Sequence record: MN871451.1
Strand: one strand, 5' to 3'
Length of the DNA stretch: 64,000 nt
A program made the position numbers and the translations under genes. The number at the start of each line of letters is the position of its first letter. Within the stretch, counting starts at the first letter, position 1. Below the pieces are notes generated by a model that did no database searches, was not told where the DNA came from, and worked only from the letters and a program-made list of their open reading frames with translations. Below, piece by piece: positions 1-9,966 of this stretch.

Positions 1-297
1 GTTGTTAACCAAGAAGAAAAGAGTGTTACTGCGAGCTACGGCGGGAAAACGCTGATCGAACGTAACCCCGGTGACTGGTTTGTTCCGGGTAGTTTCCAGG
101 TGATTCAGTCAGCGTTGCGGTTGGCGTGGAAAACCAAATTCAAAGAAGCGTTACCGGCTGAATTCCAAACCAGTTTCTCTTTCAACGGGGGTTTCAGTAT
201 GGGCGGAAAACGCAATCTCTTTACTGCGCCACCGGCACGTCCGAAACGGGTCTCTAAACACGCTTCTGGGCAATCCAAAAAGAAAAAGCGTAAATAG
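1..297 (+). CDS. 5'-truncated hypothetical protein with basic C-terminal tail
   Basis: Frame 1 is open from base 1 to TAA at 295-297, so the gene starts before the window; it ends SKKKKRK and is followed by a hairpin. Confidence 0.7.
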   Translation, partial: VVNQEEKSVTASYGGKTLIERNPGDWFVPGSFQVIQSALRLAWKTKFKEALPAEFQTSFSFNGGFSMGGKRNLFTAPPARPKRVSKHASGQSKKKKRK

Positions 298-302
298 TAT
301 TG

Positions 303-328
303 TCTCCTGAGGCGAAAGCCTCAGGAGA
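303..328 (+). terminator. GAAA-loop hairpin, probable intrinsic terminator
   Basis: TCTCCTGAGGC-GAAA-GCCTCAGGAGA directly after the stop codon; the U-tract is weak. Confidence 0.6.
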
Positions 329-360
329 GCTTCTATGTACTTTTAATAAGGAGATATGGT

Positions 361-666
361 ATGCAGTTAGAACATCGTTTTGAGCTATTTGAAATCAAGT
401 CGTTTGGTTTCTTCCCAGAAAACAGCCAGATGACCGTGAAGGATTATCTGCGTGCTGTATTCGGCGCAGGTGAGTATAACACCTCTGCGTGGTTTAATGA
501 CTTCTACGCAGCTGATCGAAAAGGACTGATCCTGCACGTCAAACATCGCCATGAAAACGGAATGCTTTACGATTATTATTTCATCGGGGATTCGGTTGGA
601 ACCTGTATGGAAATGTTAGCGAACCGTTTTCCGTTTACTAACGAAGTTATCGATTACGAGGATTAA
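361..666 (+). CDS. hypothetical protein
   Basis: ATG preceded by AAGGAG; 101 aa. Confidence 0.75.
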   Translation: MQLEHRFELFEIKSFGFFPENSQMTVKDYLRAVFGAGEYNTSAWFNDFYAADRKGLILHVKHRHENGMLYDYYFIGDSVGTCMEMLANRFPFTNEVIDYED

Positions 667-668
667 AA

Positions 669-1037
669 ATGGCCAGAACAATGATCTTAGAAGAAATGGA
701 TTTTGTGGATTTTCAGCCTATGCGCGATGCCGACGCCACTTTCTATATTCGTGACGGTAAACGTTTTTATTACGTAGGTGACACGAAGATCGTCGTTACC
801 AGTGAAACCGAAGCAGAATGTAAAAAATCAACCGGCGATTCGGTGTTTGATTTTGATACGGTTTTCACTGCCGTTGTGTGGGAAGGGAAAGACATCAAAG
901 CAGAAGGGAAAATTGTTCAGCTGATGCAAGAAGAACGTTATTTTTGTATTGTTTTTGTACCGTACGATAGAGAGAATCACGCTGTCACGGTACTGAAAGT
1001 GGGTGACCTGACACCGGAGCTGCCGCATGAAAACTGA
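669..1037 (+). CDS. hypothetical protein
   Basis: 122 aa, tightly packed in the operon. Confidence 0.7.
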   Translation: MARTMILEEMDFVDFQPMRDADATFYIRDGKRFYYVGDTKIVVTSETEAECKKSTGDSVFDFDTVFTAVVWEGKDIKAEGKIVQLMQEERYFCIVFVPYDRENHAVTVLKVGDLTPELPHEN

Positions 1038-1539
1038 GTTTAAAAGTGATACTCCCAACGAGACGGGTTCTGTTGAGGGTCTCCTTCCGCTCCCGTTTGA
1101 CAAAATGCTGAAAACATTTAGTGCCCGCTATTGGGTGATTGTTGATAACGGCCAAGGACTGGAAATCTTAGGGGACAGCGCGACGTTTGTTATTCCGTCC
1201 AGGTGTTTAAACCTGGTTACCGACGAAATCAATGAAGCGGGTGAGGGTTACACGATCCAATTACAAGGCGTCGATAACAACAGTGTCAGAAACTATAGGG
1301 TTTATTACGACAGTAAAGGACGAGCAGTAGAAGCACAAGAAAGTTTCCGTGACTTTATTCGCAATAAAAACGTTTATCTCGGCAATGAGTACCTGACCCG
1401 GTCAATGACCGAAAAACGGTTTAAGAATGTAGGGGCCACAGAAGAAAGTACTGAAGCGGTTGAGGTAGAGAAAAACATTATTCCAGAAGAGAAGAAACCG
1501 AGTCTTTTTAAACGTTTCTTCTCGCTGTTCCGAAAATAA
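1027..1539 (+). CDS. hypothetical protein
   Basis: GGAG RBS, overlaps the upstream stop; ends in the amphipathic basic tail KPSLFKRFFSLFRK. Confidence 0.7.
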   Translation: MKTEFKSDTPNETGSVEGLLPLPFDKMLKTFSARYWVIVDNGQGLEILGDSATFVIPSRCLNLVTDEINEAGEGYTIQLQGVDNNSVRNYRVYYDSKGRAVEAQESFRDFIRNKNVYLGNEYLTRSMTEKRFKNVGATEESTEAVEVEKNIIPEEKKPSLFKRFFSLFRK

Positions 1540-1591
1540 ACCTCTTCTCATTTGTTTGAATAGAACCTATTTCACTGTAAAGGATAAAAGA

Positions 1592-3283
1592 ATGACTGAT
1601 CAAATTGTTGCTGTTAATACCGTCACCGAAGCTTCTGATCGTTTCTACGAAACCTTAGTAGACGTTATTGAACACAATCTTTCTCTGCACGATATCAACG
1701 ATGACATTTATCGTGTCGATGTTGAACACAGCACGGGGAAAAGTTTATATCAGCACTACCTGGAACTTTTCCCGGAAGAAGAACGTCAGCAGTATCGCTG
1801 CAAAACCTGTGAGCGTTGGTTGAACAAATACGGTCAATACGTAACGATTGTCGACGGGTTAGTGAAGTCGATGGCGTTCAACGTTGACGTGGAAGCAGAA
1901 GGCGAACCGACGAACAACGTCTACGCATTCGTGGCTGCGTTAAACAAAGTGATCTCAAAATGCCCGGTGGCAAACATCGTGGTTGAAAACGTCGCTGACT
2001 ATTCTTTCCCGCATTCCGGTAAATTCCGCCATTTCAACGGTACCCTGAACTGCGCGTCGAAAGAATTGATCTTCGTTTATCAGAACGACGAAGAGCGTCT
2101 GGGTAAAGAAGCAGAGGCGCGTGAGTTGGTGCGTATTCTTCAAAGCGGTCTGTTGCGCTGGGAATCGAATACCGTTCGCGCCGCTTATGAACTGTTTGAA
2201 TACGGTGAACTGAAGCACCTCACCAAGTTCAAAAACCAATTCATGAAGTGGCACAAACTCTACACCGCCTTCCATGAAACGAAAAACAACAATATCAAAA
2301 CCAACCTGGTTTGGGAAGCGATGGACTTTGATAACAAAGATATCATCCATTTCCACACTACGGCGGTTGGGGTGTTGCTCGACGATATTAAAGACGGTAA
2401 TCTGCGTTACGGGATTAACCAATTCCGCATCCGTACCGAAGGCGTCAACTACATGCGGGCAACCGAAGCCCCGACTGAAGAACAGCTGGAAAAAGCGAAA
2501 AAGCTCGTCGCTGAATTAGGGATTGAGTCGGCGTTCCGTCGCCGTTTCGCTACGCTGGCTGATATTCAGGAATGGTTCTGGCAACCGAAAGAAACAGAAG
2601 CGGCTACTGAAGCTAAGGGAAGTATTTTCGATGGCCTGAAAACCAAAGAGAATAAAACAGAGCCTCAGCGCTCGGTAGTAAGTGGCGGGGATATTTCACT
2701 GATGCAATTTATCGCGGAGGTGTTACCGAAGGCGAAAGCGCTGTTCGTTGAGTTAAGAGGCGGGCACTACGGCCGTTATAACTTTGCGCAATTCACCGCG
2801 CAGGCCGACCCGGATGCAAAACCGATCTATCGTTGGGACAGCGAAGAGAAACGTAACAGCGTAGCGAGCTACAGCTATCAGAACGGAAGCCCGATCGGTC
2901 AGTGGTCGGAGACAGCGGGTCAACGTGTCAAGGTAGTGGGTATTTCGCTCACGCCAGCAGTATGGGGCGGGAAAGAAACCTTCAGCTATCAGACACCAGA
3001 TCGCGGGATGCTCCTGGTACTTGAGGGCTGGAAAGATAACGTAGCGAAACAATCCGCATTGTTTGCTGAAGACCTCAATCACGAACTTCGTGACGTTCGT
3101 CGGGTTGTCGAAGCATTCTCTCAGGCGAATCCACTGGAGCAGGTCGAAGGGCAGGTTGTAGCCGGTCTGCAGATTCCGGGAAACACCGGTGTGGAGATCT
3201 ACCGCAGTACGGGTGAATTCCAACTGCTGGCGGAAAATGAAGACGGGGTAATGGTTCGCTATTCCCTGACGCGCCACTTCTAA
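1592..3283 (+). CDS. large conserved-type phage protein of unknown function with N-terminal CxxC
   Basis: ATG 1592 after AAGGA is preferred to TTG 1556; YRCKTCERW motif; resembles a widespread uncharacterised phage family (recalled, not searched). Confidence 0.75.
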   Translation: MTDQIVAVNTVTEASDRFYETLVDVIEHNLSLHDINDDIYRVDVEHSTGKSLYQHYLELFPEEERQQYRCKTCERWLNKYGQYVTIVDGLVKSMAFNVDVEAEGEPTNNVYAFVAALNKVISKCPVANIVVENVADYSFPHSGKFRHFNGTLNCASKELIFVYQNDEERLGKEAEARELVRILQSGLLRWESNTVRAAYELFEYGELKHLTKFKNQFMKWHKLYTAFHETKNNNIKTNLVWEAMDFDNKDIIHFHTTAVGVLLDDIKDGNLRYGINQFRIRTEGVNYMRATEAPTEEQLEKAKKLVAELGIESAFRRRFATLADIQEWFWQPKETEAATEAKGSIFDGLKTKENKTEPQRSVVSGGDISLMQFIAEVLPKAKALFVELRGGHYGRYNFAQFTAQADPDAKPIYRWDSEEKRNSVASYSYQNGSPIGQWSETAGQRVKVVGISLTPAVWGGKETFSYQTPDRGMLLVLEGWKDNVAKQSALFAEDLNHELRDVRRVVEAFSQANPLEQVEGQVVAGLQIPGNTGVEIYRSTGEFQLLAENEDGVMVRYSLTRHF

Positions 3284-3353
3284 GTTTGGGAACATAAGGC
3301 CGGTATAGGGGAGAAATCCCCTATACTTTTTATTTTGATTATAGGAGTACAAA

Positions 3354-3734
3354 ATGGAATTCAAATTCAAAGAAGCGGAACTCACTGAACGTTGGTTGAA
3401 ACATTGCCAAAAAGAATTAGGAGAGGGAGAGAAAGTAGCAGCAGCTTTCCACTTTCAAAGGGGGAGTGTTTATAACGGAAAGAATCCCTTCGACGGGATG
3501 ATCCTTGCCACTGGACCGGAATTGTCATTTCATGCGTTCCTCGATCGAGGGCAGACAAAGATATACCTCGGTAAACTAGAGCTCTCTACTGTCGGTCTGA
3601 AGCCTCCTCATATAGGGCTCGAAAGGCTGCGACAGACTGATGACCAATTATCCCTATTACAGTTGGTTTCTGACTTTGGTCCATTAGCTGAGGGAATACG
3701 TGAATATTTCCTTGTGCAGGGGAAAGATAAATGA
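3354..3734 (+). CDS. hypothetical protein
   Basis: AGGAG RBS after a hairpin; 126 aa. Confidence 0.7.
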   Translation: MEFKFKEAELTERWLKHCQKELGEGEKVAAAFHFQRGSVYNGKNPFDGMILATGPELSFHAFLDRGQTKIYLGKLELSTVGLKPPHIGLERLRQTDDQLSLLQLVSDFGPLAEGIREYFLVQGKDK

Positions 3735-4162
3735 AACCTTTAGAACCCGGTTGTCGGGCAATAGTCATCCGAGACTCTAAAAATCCAGAAAATGTCGGGA
3801 AAGAAGTCATTCTTGGCGTTAGTATTTCGCCAGGAAATATGCTTCAAGTCACCGTTAACGAAAATGGATTAGAGAATGTTGCAGAAGTTATCTCGGGACG
3901 GGAAGTTTGGATGGTTAATGGTAAAGTTCGGTCCTATGTGGAATTTCATTGGGGGTTAGTTGGTGGATGCTTTAAGGGATTAGCAGAATCTTTCTTAGAT
4001 TCAGGGGGTACTTATTTTAATGCTGCCTTTCGACCTCATCAACTCATGCGCATCGACGGTTTTTCCGACGAAGACAAACAAAAAGACCGCGAGCAGGAAA
4101 TCGGTCGAGGACTATTAACGCCCGTAGTATGGGTGGGTGATCAATACAGCAACATCGAATAG
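3731..4162 (+). CDS. hypothetical phage protein
   Basis: Start overlaps the upstream stop; N-terminal PGCRAIVI..PENVGKEV motif. Confidence 0.7.
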   Translation: MKPLEPGCRAIVIRDSKNPENVGKEVILGVSISPGNMLQVTVNENGLENVAEVISGREVWMVNGKVRSYVEFHWGLVGGCFKGLAESFLDSGGTYFNAAFRPHQLMRIDGFSDEDKQKDREQEIGRGLLTPVVWVGDQYSNIE

Positions 4163-4170
4163 GATATTAA

Positions 4171-4722
4171 GTGGACAAAGCTATGTTTACCGATATTAAG
4201 AAAATGCAGTTTAAGATCATCAAAGAAAACCAAGAGTATTTTGTTACCGGAATTCCTGAGGCAGAAGGACAAGTGTTCTTTAAAGCAAACTCTGACGTCG
4301 GGTTTAATTTGGTTGGTTTGGCGGCTGCTAGCGGGGAGTTAACATTCACCGATATGCAAATACGTACACTGTCAAATTTTGCGGTGGACAAAGTGCTCAT
4401 CCGTTACACTAAATTTAACGAAGATGGTGAACTCGAAAGTTCAGGTCACGTCGTTGTTCAGTACCCGCGTTTTCGCCCCACTCAGAATACGACGTATAAC
4501 TTCCGAGTATTCGATTTAGTCAACGGGACTGAAATCGATATACCGGGGCTGATCGATGATGCATTTATCTGCGTCGACGGGGAAGTTAACATTGAGACTT
4601 GTAATGCACGTTTCAAGATTACAGCCGAAGGTAATGAGCGGGTTAATCTGGAGGTCGTGGGTTTTACACTAGATGTAGAAACGGGTATTTACGTAAAGGA
4701 TACCGAAACCCAATCTGGTTAA
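4171..4722 (+). CDS. hypothetical protein
   Basis: GTG start after AGGA; 183 aa. Confidence 0.7.
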   Translation: MDKAMFTDIKKMQFKIIKENQEYFVTGIPEAEGQVFFKANSDVGFNLVGLAAASGELTFTDMQIRTLSNFAVDKVLIRYTKFNEDGELESSGHVVVQYPRFRPTQNTTYNFRVFDLVNGTEIDIPGLIDDAFICVDGEVNIETCNARFKITAEGNERVNLEVVGFTLDVETGIYVKDTETQSG

Positions 4723-4726
4723 CGTC

Positions 4727-4741
4727 TATATCACTCTAGTG
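4727..4741 (+). promoter_or_regulatory. putative early (virion RNAP) promoter
   Basis: TATATCAC-TCTA-GTG, a motif recurring at eight intergenic sites; resembles the phiKZ early consensus TATATTAC. Confidence 0.65.
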
Positions 4742-4837
4742 TAGAGACAACATCTCTACACTTTATATCTGAGAATCTAAAATTCTCTTATCTAACGTAA
4801 CGGGCCACTAACTGGTCACGAAGAAGGAAACTGTACG

Positions 4838-5644
4838 ATGATTATTTTACCAAATGAAGTCCAAAACACCAATGATACTGCTCTGGTGCACCCTTATACC
4901 CCAGAGTTCCGTATTAGGCTCGGCGAAGAACGTCCTGGGCTTAAAAATTATATTATGCCGGAACGAGATAATGAGAATTATAAAATTATCCCGGTGATTA
5001 CCCATGACAAAACAACCGATATGCGTTGGTTATCGATTGCGGAACGCGTGGATGACAATAACTTAATTATTCGTTTTATCAATCAGAAGCCCTATAGGCT
5101 TTACTCAAATATTGAAGGTCAAGAAGAGAAGTTCGTCTCTCAACTTGGGCGGGTTATGAATTGGTTCGGCGAATATATTTATTATTTTCTTGTAAACCGT
5201 CATGGCATTGGTTTCAAGAATGATAAGGTTATCGACGTTTATAATCAGTTACCGGTTAAGGTTGTTACTTTAAACCCATTCTTCGACGTAATTGCAGAAT
5301 TCTGTCACGAACGTAAAATAAATGTTCCTATTTTTGATGGAAGAAGATTCGAAGATGGGGTAGTCCTGAAACCAAAAATCTCTGTCGTCTTCTACGCGCT
5401 TTTTGCCGGAATTAAAACGAGGGTAATGTTAAAGGCGGGTGTTAGTTTTAACTCAGAAAACGGGCCTTCGTTTGGTTTTAATTCAAACCGAGTTTATACG
5501 ATTTCCCCTGCCGTAGGAGTGGATAATCTCGACCAGAATTATCGGTTACACATTGTTGAACCGGGGTTTGGTAGCAATGAACTTTCTTTACTGAATCAGG
5601 ACATCGTTAAAGCCTGGTTAAAAGCTGTGGTAGAGAGAATTTAA
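4838..5644 (+). CDS. hypothetical protein
   Basis: AAGGA RBS; 268 aa; first gene after the promoter motif. Confidence 0.75.
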   Translation: MIILPNEVQNTNDTALVHPYTPEFRIRLGEERPGLKNYIMPERDNENYKIIPVITHDKTTDMRWLSIAERVDDNNLIIRFINQKPYRLYSNIEGQEEKFVSQLGRVMNWFGEYIYYFLVNRHGIGFKNDKVIDVYNQLPVKVVTLNPFFDVIAEFCHERKINVPIFDGRRFEDGVVLKPKISVVFYALFAGIKTRVMLKAGVSFNSENGPSFGFNSNRVYTISPAVGVDNLDQNYRLHIVEPGFGSNELSLLNQDIVKAWLKAVVERI

Positions 5645-5757
5645 TTTCTCTTAGATGGGAAGCAATAACAACCCAAGAGAAAAATAAAAACGTTTAATGG
5701 CCTCATCGTCCTGGGAGAGACTATCTCCCAGGACCTACGCTATAAAGGATAAAATAA

Positions 5758-6123
5758 ATGGCGATCTTATTCCAATTCGGCGAACTCAAAGAAGACAGCG
5801 AGGACGGTAATAAACCTTTCGCACAGGTTCCCAGTACTTGTCCTCTGGATAACTCGTTATTCATTACCCACTCCAATTATCATTCGGTGGTCAATTTCAC
5901 TAACAATTATCTCAATATTGTTTTCAGTGGACAAGAAAAAGAGGGGATTCTCTACGGTAAAATAGATGAATTTTTCCTGGAGAAACTTCAATTACTGACC
6001 CGCTGGCCAATGACAGAAACACAACGCAATAACATTGGTTTTTCTGACTTTGAAGAATTTCTAAAAGTTGCGCGCTGGTGTGCCGATAATCTCGACAATC
6101 CTTATTGGGTTGCGATGCCATAA
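5758..6123 (+). CDS. hypothetical protein
   Basis: AAGGA RBS; 121 aa. Confidence 0.7.
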   Translation: MAILFQFGELKEDSEDGNKPFAQVPSTCPLDNSLFITHSNYHSVVNFTNNYLNIVFSGQEKEGILYGKIDEFFLEKLQLLTRWPMTETQRNNIGFSDFEEFLKVARWCADNLDNPYWVAMP

Positions 6124-6138
6124 GACGAGGGAATAAAA

Positions 6139-6864
6139 ATGATTCATTACGTTAACAATGACATTACAGACGAAGAGCTCAACCGATTCATTCTCGATAA
6201 AGAGGGTAATTTGAAAACGGTAGTTTCATTACCGTATCGGATCTTAGTCCATAAGTTAAAATTCCCTCTTCAGATGGCGATGGTACAGGAGAAGAAGATC
6301 AGCTTTACAGAAGCTGAAGCACTGCTCTTCCGCGATCTGAATAACCCGCCAGATTATCACGTTAATTTGCTCATTGATCTTCTGCAGAAAAATAAAAATC
6401 AGGTCTCCCTTTTCCGTAATACACCAGACGGCGTAAAGCAGTCGATTTTCACTGTTGGCTCGATTCTGTTCCTCGGTAATCTTTCACGTCAAGAAGTAGT
6501 ATTATGCAATAACAGTAATGGTACACAACCTCCTGAAAAACCAAAGGAAAAACCGAAAATGGCAAAAGCACGCAAACCTTCTACGCCGGGCGAAATTCTT
6601 TTGAAAGAATACCTGGAACCGAAAGAAATTTCTCCGACTGATTTCGCTGCGCATATCGGTCTGGCGACGGCAACGCTGTCTCGTCTGATCAACGGCAAAA
6701 CCAAACTGACGATCCGCACCGCGCACCGCCTGGCAAAGGCTACCAAAACCACCGTCGAATTCTGGGTTAATCTCCAGCAGGCGGTTGACCTCGCTGAAGC
6801 CAAAGCTGATAAAGAGCTGGCCGCCGAAGTGAAAGCGATCAAACTGCACCCGGCGTTTAAATAA
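6139..6864 (+). CDS. protein with C-terminal HigA-family (XRE/HTH_3) antitoxin-like domain
   Basis: C-terminal PSTPGEILLKEYLEP...LSRLINGKTKLTIRTAHRLAKA..TTVEFWVNLQ is the HigA signature; in-frame ATG 6559 has its own AGGA. Confidence 0.8.
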   Translation: MIHYVNNDITDEELNRFILDKEGNLKTVVSLPYRILVHKLKFPLQMAMVQEKKISFTEAEALLFRDLNNPPDYHVNLLIDLLQKNKNQVSLFRNTPDGVKQSIFTVGSILFLGNLSRQEVVLCNNSNGTQPPEKPKEKPKMAKARKPSTPGEILLKEYLEPKEISPTDFAAHIGLATATLSRLINGKTKLTIRTAHRLAKATKTTVEFWVNLQQAVDLAEAKADKELAAEVKAIKLHPAFK

Positions 6865-6889
6865 TTCCGCTTTTTTGGCGCAAATGTAG

Positions 6890-6917
6890 CCTAGGAGAAC
6901 CCGAAGGTTCTCCTAGG
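6890..6917 (-). terminator. C(UUCG)G hairpin terminator between convergent genes
   Basis: CCTAGGAGAACC-CGAA-GGTTCTCCTAGG; the loop reads TTCG on the - strand. Confidence 0.7.
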
Positions 6918-6943
6918 TCTATGTTTACTTTGTTTTTTTTTCT

Positions 6944-9250
6944 TTAAGCTATCTCATAATACCCCGCTACATCGTAGTAAATATAAGGCGCATTTCCAGC
7001 ACTAGTGTTCAGGTTTGCCGCGTTAAACGTGGTTGCCGAGACTCCGCTTAAAATTTTTAAGGTCGTATTTGTAATACTTGCCTTTAAATTCATTGCATCA
7101 GTCGCGCCGATAATGTTTTTAACCTCGATACTTGAAATCGAATTACCGCCACTTGCAACACTTACAGGTAAGTTACCTATAGTTATTGGACCAGAAGGGT
7201 AAGCCAACGCGCCGTTTTTAAATAGTTTTAGGGAGAAGAAGAAAATTTTACCTACAATCTTACCTGTACCTACAGCAGTTTCTAAATTAGTATATTCAAC
7301 CCCATTTACAAAAAGCGTTGGGATAAAACTTATTTTTCCAGCATAGACAAAATCCTCGTAAGAACCCAACGAACCATGAGGCAGTATCGCACGACTTTCA
7401 TTAATACTACCTATTATCCGATAACCGTTTTCATCAAAAATTGAAACTAAAAACGGATCTCTGGTTTGTTTTGCTCCTTTACTAGGATATGTAATAGAAA
7501 CCGAAAGCGGGTTATTCGTCCCTATCCCATTGGCAGAATATGCAGCTAGTTGACAGTTTGACGAGAGTACCACCTTGTCAGAATTGAACCCGTGTGCAAC
7601 TAAATAACCGATACCATAACCTTCGGGTCTATAAACATCTCGATTATCAACACCAAAGAAATTTCCAGTCGCAGAAGAACCCAAAGAACGTTGAATTAAA
7701 CCAACGCCCTCTAGATAAATATTATTGATAGAACAAAGATACGTCACTATCCCATTCTCGTTATTAAAGAAAAACGGTGCTCTATGAGGGCCTAAAACTT
7801 TGACTGATTTAATTTCGTAAGAAGCAGCTGCGCGACCGTAGCGAGAATAAACAGTAAGGACTCTCCCTACTACCCCACGATAAGGGCTCATTTTTGAAGC
7901 TGTCCCGCCGGTATTATTAGATAATCTCCCGCCTGCCGAAGTTTTTGCACTATTGGCGTTTTTGTAGAAATAAGTATCAAAATAAGTATCAACACTCTTA
8001 TGTCGATCACCGAAAGCTTGATCAACTTGCCCATAAACAACAAAATCAACTTTATAAAAATCGGTCCAACCTAATGACCATACGTCTGTCGCTGGATACG
8101 GCGGTAAATACGGGTTATTGTTACTATCATTTCTTTGCGTCCACCAACCACCGTGAATATCTCCTGTGTAGTTACCTGAGAAATGTAAGGTTCCGGCAGA
8201 ACAACGTTCAATGCCCTGAAATATACCGGCTATGGCGCAATTAGAAACTTTAATTTGTTCAAAGGATTGTTCTGCCGTTCCTTCTACTACTCTACCTATA
8301 AAGAAATTAGAAATATTGATATTAATTAAATTATATATTACAGTCCCTTGATATTTACTCCCAGCAGTAAAAAGAATACCAATCGGCTGATCGGTATCTA
8401 TAGGAGACGAATTTATTGACCAATTCCCTACAAATCCGTCTTTATTTACATCTGATCCGCGAATAGTTACTCTACCAGTTAATTTAAGGCACACTGGTTG
8501 CGTGTAAATAGTCTCCGGTGAGAGATTACTGTCCCCGTTATTTACCCATCCCGGATAAACAGTACCGTCATCTCCAGGAAGCGTTAAAGTAGTAGTTGTG
8601 CTGAAAATATTATAAAAGCCAGAAACAGTAATTTCACTCGCCGAGGCTTTTGATGCGTAATCAAATGCTTTTTGGACATAATTTGTCGAATCAAAAGTAG
8701 GTGATATTGAATTCGGGATTGCACCAAACATTGTTAAATCTAGTGATAATCTCTCTACGCGCTGCCAATAAAATCCGTTTCCTGCCGCGATTACACCACC
8801 GTCATCTGTAGCTGATCCGGTGAAACCCACAAATTCCCCTCCACCTAAAGCTTGACCTTCATGCCAACTGCGCAAATAAATTTTTTGCCCTGTTCTGAAA
8901 ACCGGCAGCGCGCGGAGAGCGGCAAAACTCCCTATTTCTTCAACAAAATTTACAGGTATATTCTGTTGAATTTTCCCGTAGGCGTCTAAAATCGTCACGC
9001 TGTAATGCGTTTCTACCGAAAGAGTAACTGTGTTACCTAAATTATCAACAGGTATCCCATTGCTGTTTAGAGCAATGGGTTGTGAAATAGTAGATACCGT
9101 ACCGTCTGTTTTCATTGCGGTTACTGTCAATTGATTACTTAGCACCGTGGGGTCAGTATTAATCTTGCCGATATACAAAGAGCCTGAGTTGGCGGCTCTC
9201 CCGCTATCGATCAATCTAAACTGATTGGATGGCATCGAAATAATATTCAT
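6944..9250 (-). CDS. tailspike / polysaccharide depolymerase with P22-like head-binding domain
   Basis: N-terminus GSLYIGKINTDP...QLTVTAM..DGTV..ISQPIALNSNG..HYSVTILDAYG resembles the P22 tailspike head-binding domain; then GGGEF..TDDGG..WQR, LTMFGA and an Asn/Gly/Ser-rich beta-helix-like body; visibly AT-rich. Confidence 0.8.
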   Translation of the reverse strand: MNIISMPSNQFRLIDSGRAANSGSLYIGKINTDPTVLSNQLTVTAMKTDGTVSTISQPIALNSNGIPVDNLGNTVTLSVETHYSVTILDAYGKIQQNIPVNFVEEIGSFAALRALPVFRTGQKIYLRSWHEGQALGGGEFVGFTGSATDDGGVIAAGNGFYWQRVERLSLDLTMFGAIPNSISPTFDSTNYVQKAFDYASKASASEITVSGFYNIFSTTTTLTLPGDDGTVYPGWVNNGDSNLSPETIYTQPVCLKLTGRVTIRGSDVNKDGFVGNWSINSSPIDTDQPIGILFTAGSKYQGTVIYNLININISNFFIGRVVEGTAEQSFEQIKVSNCAIAGIFQGIERCSAGTLHFSGNYTGDIHGGWWTQRNDSNNNPYLPPYPATDVWSLGWTDFYKVDFVVYGQVDQAFGDRHKSVDTYFDTYFYKNANSAKTSAGGRLSNNTGGTASKMSPYRGVVGRVLTVYSRYGRAAASYEIKSVKVLGPHRAPFFFNNENGIVTYLCSINNIYLEGVGLIQRSLGSSATGNFFGVDNRDVYRPEGYGIGYLVAHGFNSDKVVLSSNCQLAAYSANGIGTNNPLSVSITYPSKGAKQTRDPFLVSIFDENGYRIIGSINESRAILPHGSLGSYEDFVYAGKISFIPTLFVNGVEYTNLETAVGTGKIVGKIFFFSLKLFKNGALAYPSGPITIGNLPVSVASGGNSISSIEVKNIIGATDAMNLKASITNTTLKILSGVSATTFNAANLNTSAGNAPYIYYDVAGYYEIA

Positions 9251-9378
9251 GTAGTTGGCACTCCAAACCGTGTGGATATAGCTTGTTTCTTGTCACAAGA
9301 AACGGGTTAATGCGAAGTCATCACCTCTATTATCACGCCAATCTAAATTATTTTGAACCCGCTATTAAGGAAATCAAC

Positions 9379-9918
9379 ATGTTATTTTCAATGATTGTCG
9401 CGCACGATCTCGATTACATTATCGGACAAGATGATAAACTTGCTTGGAAATCAAAAGAAGACCTTTCATGGTTTGTAAGAAAAACCAAAAATAAAGCCAT
9501 CGTCATGGGGTCTACTACGGCTAAGGGTATTGGCCGGGCTTTACCCGGACGAGCCCATTATGTTCTGACCTCTGATCCCAGTCAGTTTGAAAACACCCCC
9601 GAACTCCTCGCGTATAGCTCATTTGAAGATATCGCTGTAGACGCCTCTAGAAAAGGCTACAACGAGATTGTTATCTGCGGAGGGGTAAGTATCTACAAAC
9701 AACTATTAGATCGGGTACAGAAGCTTTACGTGACGGAAATCCCTATTCGCTCCAAAGGGAATGTTCCGCTCGACATTGATCTTATCCAAGAACTCAGTAA
9801 ACTATTCTCTTATACTACCGTTCACCGTGGTTGGACCCTTGAGTCGCATGAATTCGGGGAAGACGAGGGATGTCGTTTCTCTACGTTCGTGAAAATACAG
9901 AATCCAATAACACGCTGA
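9379..9918 (+). CDS. folA: dihydrofolate reductase
   Basis: MIVAHD...IIGQDDKLAW..KEDLSWF...IVMG..T...IGRALPGR..ICGGVSIY; ATG 9379 after AAGGA. Confidence 0.92.
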   Translation: MLFSMIVAHDLDYIIGQDDKLAWKSKEDLSWFVRKTKNKAIVMGSTTAKGIGRALPGRAHYVLTSDPSQFENTPELLAYSSFEDIAVDASRKGYNEIVICGGVSIYKQLLDRVQKLYVTEIPIRSKGNVPLDIDLIQELSKLFSYTTVHRGWTLESHEFGEDEGCRFSTFVKIQNPITR

Positions 9919-9966
9919 TAATATTTATTTTGAAGATTAAGATTTAACACTTTCAAAGGGGTTACA

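Noticed and set aside
9250-9285. TATATCCA on the - strand upstream of the first tailspike as an early promoter
   Set aside because: It deviates from the consensus (no RC, no TG at the fixed distance), and all good copies are on the + strand.
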